Below, piece after piece: positions 58,593-64,000 of a stretch of DNA of 64,000 bases. This DNA comes from an uncultured Arcobacter sp. (lineage in GTDB: Bacteria > Campylobacterota > Campylobacteria > Campylobacterales > Arcobacteraceae): contig OZ223300.1 in the NCBI GenBank assembly GCA_965140705.1, forward strand, positions 224,001 through 288,000, read 5' to 3'. How positions within the stretch are numbered: the stretch's first letter is position 1; every line of letters begins with the position of its first letter. The notes beneath the pieces were generated by a model. It saw only the letters and a list, made by a program, of their open reading frames with translations, was not told the origin of the DNA and did not search any database. The position numbers and the translations under genes were made by a program.

Positions 58593-60140
58593 CTAGTTTT
58601 TTTCTACTTTAATTACATCATAAATATCTGTTCTTCTATCTTTTAGGTTATTTACACTTCCTAAACTATGAAGTTCTGTTAAAAGCTCTAAATCCACATC
58701 TGCTATTAGTATCATTTCTGTATTTGGTGTAGATTCTGCTTTTATGCCATTTGCTGGAAATGCAAAATCACAAGGAGTAAATACTGCTGATTGGGCATAT
58801 TGGATATCCATATTTTCAACTTTTGGTAAGTTTCCTACACAACCAGCGATTGCTACATAACACTCATTTTCTATGGCTCTTGCTTGGGCACAAATTTTTA
58901 CTCTTGAGTAACCATTTTGAGTATCCGTTAAGAATGGTACAAATAGTATATCCATCCCTTCTTTTGCAAGTAATCTACCAAGCTCTGGAAACTCACTATC
59001 ATAACAAATAAGTACTCCAATTTTTCCACAATCCGTATCAAAGGCTTTTATTTTATCTGAGCCTTTAAGTCCCCAAACTTTTTGTTCATCTGGAGTTACA
59101 TGGATTTTGGCATATTTTTCTATCTCTCCATTTCTTTTACACACAAAGCCTATATTGTTTAGTGTTCCATCAATAAGTTCTGGCATACTTCCTGTGATGA
59201 TATTAATATTGTATGCAATGGCAAGTCTTGAGAAGTCTTCTTTAAATCTCTCTGTATATTTTGCAAGTTCTCGAATAGCATCTGCTTCACTTAAGTGATT
59301 AAACTCTGCCATTAATGGAGCATTGAAAAATTCTGGGAAAAGTGCAAAATCACTTCTATATCCAGATACTGCATCTATAAAGTATTCAGCTTGTTCGATT
59401 ACCTCTTCATAGTTTTTATAAAGTCTCATTTGCCATTGAATAAGTCCCAATCTTATGACTTTCTTTTGTGACATTGGTTTTACTGTTGGTTTTGCATAAT
59501 AGATGTTGTTCCAAGCTAATAAACAAGCATACTCTTTACTATCTATATCACCTTCAAGATAATTTTTTATTACTCTTTTTACATAAAAGTCATTTGAGAG
59601 TTGAAAATTAAGTACTGGGTCATAAATCTCTCGCTCTTTTACTTTTTGAATATATTCTTTGGGTGTTATTTTATCTGCATATTTAGAATAATTTGGAATT
59701 CTTCCTCCAAAAATTATTCCCTTTAGATTAAGTTCTTCACAAAGCTCTTTTCTAAAATCATATAATCTTCGACCAAGTCTTAAACCTCTATACTTTTTAT
59801 TAATAAAAACATCTACTCCATAGAGCATATTTCCATTATCATTATGAGTGTCAAAGGTATAATTACCAGTAATTTCTTTATAACTATGTGTATCATCAAA
59901 CTTTGTATAATCAACTATAATACTAAGTGCAAAACCTGCAAACTCCCCATCAATTTTTATTGCAACTTGTCCATTTGGAAATTTTTCTATTAAAGCTTCA
60001 AACTCCTCTTTACTCCAAGATGATTCATCAAGATGACGATATTCATCTTCCATCAAAGAGCAGATAGAGTTGTGATCTTCTTTTTTTAAATAAACTAATT
60101 CAATTTTATCAATATGTTTTGGATCCATTATTATTTCCAT
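58593..60140 (-). CDS. Fused GNAT acetyltransferase / carbon-nitrogen hydrolase
   Basis: GNAT motif YRGLRLGRRLY. Nitrilase triad FPEF, KIH, ICYDSEFPE. Confidence 0.92.
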   Translation of the reverse strand: MEIIMDPKHIDKIELVYLKKEDHNSICSLMEDEYRHLDESSWSKEEFEALIEKFPNGQVAIKIDGEFAGFALSIIVDYTKFDDTHSYKEITGNYTFDTHNDNGNMLYGVDVFINKKYRGLRLGRRLYDFRKELCEELNLKGIIFGGRIPNYSKYADKITPKEYIQKVKEREIYDPVLNFQLSNDFYVKRVIKNYLEGDIDSKEYACLLAWNNIYYAKPTVKPMSQKKVIRLGLIQWQMRLYKNYEEVIEQAEYFIDAVSGYRSDFALFPEFFNAPLMAEFNHLSEADAIRELAKYTERFKEDFSRLAIAYNINIITGSMPELIDGTLNNIGFVCKRNGEIEKYAKIHVTPDEQKVWGLKGSDKIKAFDTDCGKIGVLICYDSEFPELGRLLAKEGMDILFVPFLTDTQNGYSRVKICAQARAIENECYVAIAGCVGNLPKVENMDIQYAQSAVFTPCDFAFPANGIKAESTPNTEMILIADVDLELLTELHSLGSVNNLKDRRTDIYDVIKVEKN

Positions 60141-60242
60141 CCTTTTATTCTGAAAAGATTATATTATAATATTTGATTGTTACTCATAAAACAATTAAAT
60201 ACAAAATATCTTTTAAATAATTTATTTGATAAAATACGCCAC

Positions 60243-61103
60243 ATGAATAATATATTGAAAAAACTTAATGATTTTAGTGAACTAGTTATGTTCAAACACT
60301 CGATTTTCTCACTACCTTTTATATTTATAGCGATGGTTGTAGCAGCAAATGGTTGGTTTGGATGGAGATTGTTTTTTTTAGGAATTCTAGCAGCAGTTAC
60401 AGCTAGAAATTTTGCGATGGCATTTAACAGATACCTAGATAGAGATATTGATTCTTTAAATCCAAGAACAGAAAATAGACCAAATGTTGATGGAAGATTA
60501 TCAGCTAAGTCAATTTTGACTTTTACTCTTCTAAATGCCCTTGGATTTATAATTGTTGCAGCTTTTGTAAATAAACTTGCTTTAATCTTAGCTGTTCCTA
60601 TTTTACTAGTGATTGGTTCATACTCATATTTTAAAAGATTTTCTTATCTTGCTCACCTTATTTTAGGGGTTTCTTTAGGACTAGCTCCAATTGCTGGAGT
60701 TGTAGCCGTTAGTGAAACTATTACTTTATGGTCTGTTTGTCTAAGTATTGGGGTTATGTTTTGGGTTGCTGGTTTTGATTTACTTTACTCACTACAAGAT
60801 ATAGATGTGGATAAAAAACTAGGACTTCATTCAGTACCAAGTGTTTTTGGGGCAAAAAATACTATGCTATTTTCAAAAATAGCCCATAGTTTTACAGTTT
60901 TATTTTGGCTTTTATTTGTAATAAACTCTGGAAGTGGTGCTTTTGCATATTTAGCTGTAATAGTTAGTGCAGTGATGTTAAGTTATGAACACTACTTAGT
61001 AAATAAAGATTTTAGAAAAATCGACAAAGCATTTTTTACTGTAAATGGATATTTAGGTATAATATTCTTCATATTAATAATAATCGATACTATCGCAAAT
61101 TAG
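60243..61103 (+). CDS. mqnP: UbiA-family prenyltransferase (MqnP-like, menaquinone pathway)
   Basis: NRYLDRDID..NPRT..RP, YSYFKRF, FDLLYSLQD. Start placed at ATG 60243. Confidence 0.88.
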   Translation: MNNILKKLNDFSELVMFKHSIFSLPFIFIAMVVAANGWFGWRLFFLGILAAVTARNFAMAFNRYLDRDIDSLNPRTENRPNVDGRLSAKSILTFTLLNALGFIIVAAFVNKLALILAVPILLVIGSYSYFKRFSYLAHLILGVSLGLAPIAGVVAVSETITLWSVCLSIGVMFWVAGFDLLYSLQDIDVDKKLGLHSVPSVFGAKNTMLFSKIAHSFTVLFWLLFVINSGSGAFAYLAVIVSAVMLSYEHYLVNKDFRKIDKAFFTVNGYLGIIFFILIIIDTIAN

Positions 61104-61169
61104 GCATATAATTACTTTATAAAACTATTATAAGCTAAGCTGTGATAATATTCCAATCCATTTTCAAAC

Positions 61170-61246
61170 GCGTCTGTGGCTCAACTGGATAGAGCTCCCG
61201 GTTTCGGCCCGGGTGGTTGTGGGTTCGAATCCTACCAGGCGTGCCA
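61170..61246 (+). tRNA. tRNA-Arg (anticodon UCG)
   Basis: Cloverleaf: acceptor GCGTCTG/CAGGCGT, D-arm GCTC..GAGC, anticodon stem CCCGG-TTTCGGC-CCGGG, T-loop GTTCGAAT, encoded CCA. Confidence 0.97.
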
Positions 61247-61251
61247 TAAAG

Positions 61252-61297
61252 AAGCCCGATATAATCATTCATTTGAGTGTTTATGTCGGGCTTTTTT
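61252..61297 (+). terminator. Rho-independent terminator after the tRNA
   Basis: aagcccgatataa...ttatgtcgggctt followed by a T run. Confidence 0.75.
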
Positions 61298-61426
61298 ATT
61301 TCTTATAAAATTGTATTCCTAGACTTCTAAGTATCTTTTTCTTACATTTTGTAATATTTTGAAGAGTTCATTTTTATTTTTGTTAATATTTATCATCAGA
61401 AAATTTATTTGGAAAAAGGATATAAA

Positions 61427-61558
61427 ATGATAAATATATTAAGTAGTTCCTTGTTTATTGTATGCATAGTAGGAATATATTTTTATGCGAAGAATAAATC
61501 AGAGCAAAGTAAAAAAATACCTTTTAAAATACGATACGAAAAAAATAGAAAGCTTTAA
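61427..61558 (+). CDS. Putative small membrane protein (43 aa), not in the ORF track
   Basis: AAAGGA ribosome-binding site. MINILSSSLFIVCIVGIYFYAKNK..., one TM helix then a basic tail. Confidence 0.55.
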   Translation: MINILSSSLFIVCIVGIYFYAKNKSEQSKKIPFKIRYEKNRKL

Positions 61559-61903
61559 TTCTTACAAACTCTTTTAAAATAAATTCCTCTTCAAAAAATC
61601 TTTAAATAAACAATTTCAGAAATAAAATCAATTTTATAAGTGCATAATTATTTTATGTATTTTTAACAATATAAAAAATTATTTATTATTTTTTAATTTA
61701 ATATTGATAAGTAATTAATGCTTTTAAAGCCATAAAATTAGTATGATTTAAATATATGTAAAAAACATTTAAAATATTTCATTGAGTATTTATTTGTAAA
61801 TTTATTGAATTTTATTAAGAGATAAAATCCCTTAAAATAGGGATTTTTATTAAAATAGATAATAATCAATTTTTTCTTTAAGTAAAGTTTTATTTTTATG
61901 TTT

Positions 61904-61938
61904 TTTAATCACATTTAAATAATTTAAATGTGATTAAA
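61904..61938. repeat. Perfect inverted repeat with 17-bp arms
   Basis: TTTAATCACATTTAAAT-A-ATTTAAATGTGATTAAA. Confidence 0.85.
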
Positions 61939-62123
61939 TTTTATTTTTGTATAAAAAATATACAGTATAAAAATATTATTTTTTTATAAATAATGATAGG
62001 ATTTCTCAGTTTGAAGTTATACATTGTTTGAATGATTTATGTTATTTCGAGGACATAAGTAATTTATCATAAACAATATCTACGAGAAGTCTCGATTAAA
62101 ATTTATACAATTAAGGAAATAAA

Positions 62124-63218
62124 ATGACTAAGAATAGAAGAGATTTTATTAAGAAAACTGGTTTGGCAGGAATTACAGCAGCAGTGGCAATTCCATCAGT
62201 TGCTAGTGCCGATTCTAAAAAAAAGTTTAGATGGAAAATGACAAATTGTTATGGGGCAGGGGCTCCATTTTATTCTACTGGACCTGGAAGTGCAAGTTAT
62301 TTTTGTAAAAGAGTTGAAGAATTGACAAATGGAAGATTGAGAATCAAACATTATCCAGCTGGTGAATTAATCCCTGCAATGGAAGGTTTTGATGCTGTAT
62401 CAAAGGGTACTATTGAGATGAACTGGGGTAATTCATTTTTTTGGGCTGGTAAAACATTTGCAGCACAATACTTTACAGCAGTTCCTTTTGGTATGACTTT
62501 TGAGGGTACAAATGCTTGGTTACAATTTGGTGGAGGACAGGAGCTTTGGGATGAGGTTTATAAACCATTTAATGTGATTGGTTTAGCAGCTGGAAATACG
62601 GGTACTCAAATGACTGGATGGTTTAAAAAAGAGATAAATGGTGTTAAAGATTTAAATGGATTGAGAATGAGAGTTCCAGGACTTGCTGGAAAAGTTCTTG
62701 AGCAATTGGGTGTTAGCGTTAAGTTATTACCAGGTGGAGAAATTTTCCCAGCTTTAGAAAGAGGTGTAATTGATGCAGCAGAGTTTGTAGGACCTTACCA
62801 AGATAGAAGAATGGGATTTCAAAAAGCTGCTAAATACTACTATACAACAGGATGGGGAGAACCAAGTAATACAACTGAGTGTTTAATTAATAAAGATGCT
62901 TGGGCAACACTACCAAAAGATATTCAAGCAATAGTAAAAGCAGTTGCATCTGAGTGTAATCTTATGGGGCTTTCATGGTCTGAAGCAAATAATTCAGAAG
63001 CATTAGATGATTTGGTAAAAAATCAAGGTGTTATCGTAAAAACATTACCAGATGAAGTTATTAAAAAACTAAGAGAAGTCACATTTTCAACATATGACAA
63101 ACTTACGGCTAAAGATCCTTTGGTTAAAAAAGTTCATGAGAGTTACTTTAACTTTAAAACTATTCATGATGGTTGGCAAAGTAAAGGTGAATTAGTGGTT
63201 ATGACTAAGTTGTTATGA
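62124..63218 (+). CDS. dctP: TRAP substrate-binding protein with a Tat signal
   Basis: NRRDFIK twin-arginine signal, FWAGK, GNTGTQMTGWF, RMRVPG, LERGVIDAAEFVGP. Confidence 0.93.
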   Translation: MTKNRRDFIKKTGLAGITAAVAIPSVASADSKKKFRWKMTNCYGAGAPFYSTGPGSASYFCKRVEELTNGRLRIKHYPAGELIPAMEGFDAVSKGTIEMNWGNSFFWAGKTFAAQYFTAVPFGMTFEGTNAWLQFGGGQELWDEVYKPFNVIGLAAGNTGTQMTGWFKKEINGVKDLNGLRMRVPGLAGKVLEQLGVSVKLLPGGEIFPALERGVIDAAEFVGPYQDRRMGFQKAAKYYYTTGWGEPSNTTECLINKDAWATLPKDIQAIVKAVASECNLMGLSWSEANNSEALDDLVKNQGVIVKTLPDEVIKKLREVTFSTYDKLTAKDPLVKKVHESYFNFKTIHDGWQSKGELVVMTKLL

Positions 63219-63727
63219 TGAAACAATTGGCACTTTTAGCAAATAGACTTGATACGCTTATAATGCGTATCGGTCAAATAACATCTTGGCTAATTTTTAT
63301 CTTGGTTTTATTAGTTGCTGGAGATGTTCTTTTTAGATATTTTTTTCATATAAGTTCTATTGCTGAACAAGAGTTTCAATGGCATCTTTTAGCAGCAATT
63401 GCAATATTTGGTTCTGCTTATACTTTTCAACAAGGAGAACATGTAAGAGTTGACCTTTTTTATCACAATTATAGTAAAAATGTAAAAAGATGGATGAATA
63501 TTTTAATTCCTTTAATAATAATTCTTCCTTTTTCTGCTTTTATAATTTATTTATCAAGTGATTATGTACTGCAATCTTATGCAAATAATGAAGTCTCACC
63601 TGATCCTGGGGGATTACCTTATAGATACCTAGTAAAAGGACTTATACCTTTAGGTTTTATACTTATTTTTATTCAAGGATTAGCGGTTTTATTAAAAGCC
63701 ATAACAAAAACAGAAAGCGAGTTATAA
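63215..63727 (+). CDS. dctQ: TRAP transporter small permease
   Basis: QEFQWHL, HVRVDLFY, SPDPGGLP. Confidence 0.93.
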   Translation: MMKQLALLANRLDTLIMRIGQITSWLIFILVLLVAGDVLFRYFFHISSIAEQEFQWHLLAAIAIFGSAYTFQQGEHVRVDLFYHNYSKNVKRWMNILIPLIIILPFSAFIIYLSSDYVLQSYANNEVSPDPGGLPYRYLVKGLIPLGFILIFIQGLAVLLKAITKTESEL

Positions 63728-63730
63728 TTT

Positions 63731-64000
63731 ATGGATCCACAAATATTAGCAATTTTAATGGTTGTATCTCTTTTTACACTGATTTTAGCAGGAGTTCCAG
63801 TTGCTTTTGCAATAGCAGGGGCAGGTCTGTTTTTTGGAGCAATTGGTGTAGATATGAATCTTTTCAATTTACTTCCTGCAAGAATCTTTGGAGTTTTGAC
63901 TAACTATACACTTTTGGCAGTACCTTTATTTGTTTTTATGGGAATACTTTTAGAAAAATCCCGCATAGCAGAAAAGATGCTTGATGTATTAGGACTTTTA
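63731..64000 (+). CDS. dctM: TRAP transporter large permease (partial, runs off the window end)
   Basis: MDPQILAILMVVSLFTLILAGVPVAFAIAG...LLAVPLFVFMGILLEKS read from the sequence. Confidence 0.9.
   Translation, partial: MDPQILAILMVVSLFTLILAGVPVAFAIAGAGLFFGAIGVDMNLFNLLPARIFGVLTNYTLLAVPLFVFMGILLEKSRIAEKMLDVLGLL

Noticed and set aside
60177..60242. Upstream TTG start for the prenyltransferase
   Set aside because: This stretch is the divergent promoter region, and an extended -10 sits just before ATG 60243.
61560..62000. AT-rich stretch as a possible oriC
   Set aside because: No cluster of DnaA boxes was recognised and dnaA is absent. Campylobacterota origins normally flank dnaA.
1613..63867. 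Many 60-150 aa ORFs overlapping confident genes (e.g. 1613-2017, 4811-5113, 6064-6354, 31516-31932, 48574-48996, 55753-56136, 56775-57218)
   Set aside because: They lie antisense to or inside well-supported genes, with the Ser/Ile/Phe-rich composition typical of shadow frames.

Overview
AT-rich chromosomal window from a Campylobacterota bacterium, most likely Arcobacteraceae (inferred from gene content and order). It lies near the replication origin: five parS-like palindromes occur, but no dnaA. Most of it is housekeeping (gatB, accBC, DEAD-box helicase, hemJ, rarA, kdsD, rnj, rsmA, hisF, rlmN, gltX, hom, rsmI, rpmE, miaA, a UbiA-family prenyltransferase, tRNA-Arg(UCG)). Three accessory modules stand out. 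(1) A lactate locus: LutABC, Dld-II, a TRAP transporter and a two-component system. (2) An anchor-less FrdAB/SdhAB pair lacking the FAD-attachment His, next to a Phd-like protein, a PIN-PhoH protein and an RHH regulator. (3) A copper locus (CopZ, CopA, CrdRS-like system, CrdA, TolC, CusBA) ending in a secreted Cys/Met-rich peptide with three GSCGxGKCG repeats. That peptide resembles EGKCG-repeat metallophore RiPP precursors, has no modifying enzyme in the window, and shares an 11-bp-period operator with two other copper-locus promoters. It is the best candidate for an undescribed system. No CRISPR array, rRNA, transposase or integrase was seen. All calls come from reading motifs by eye; no searches were run.
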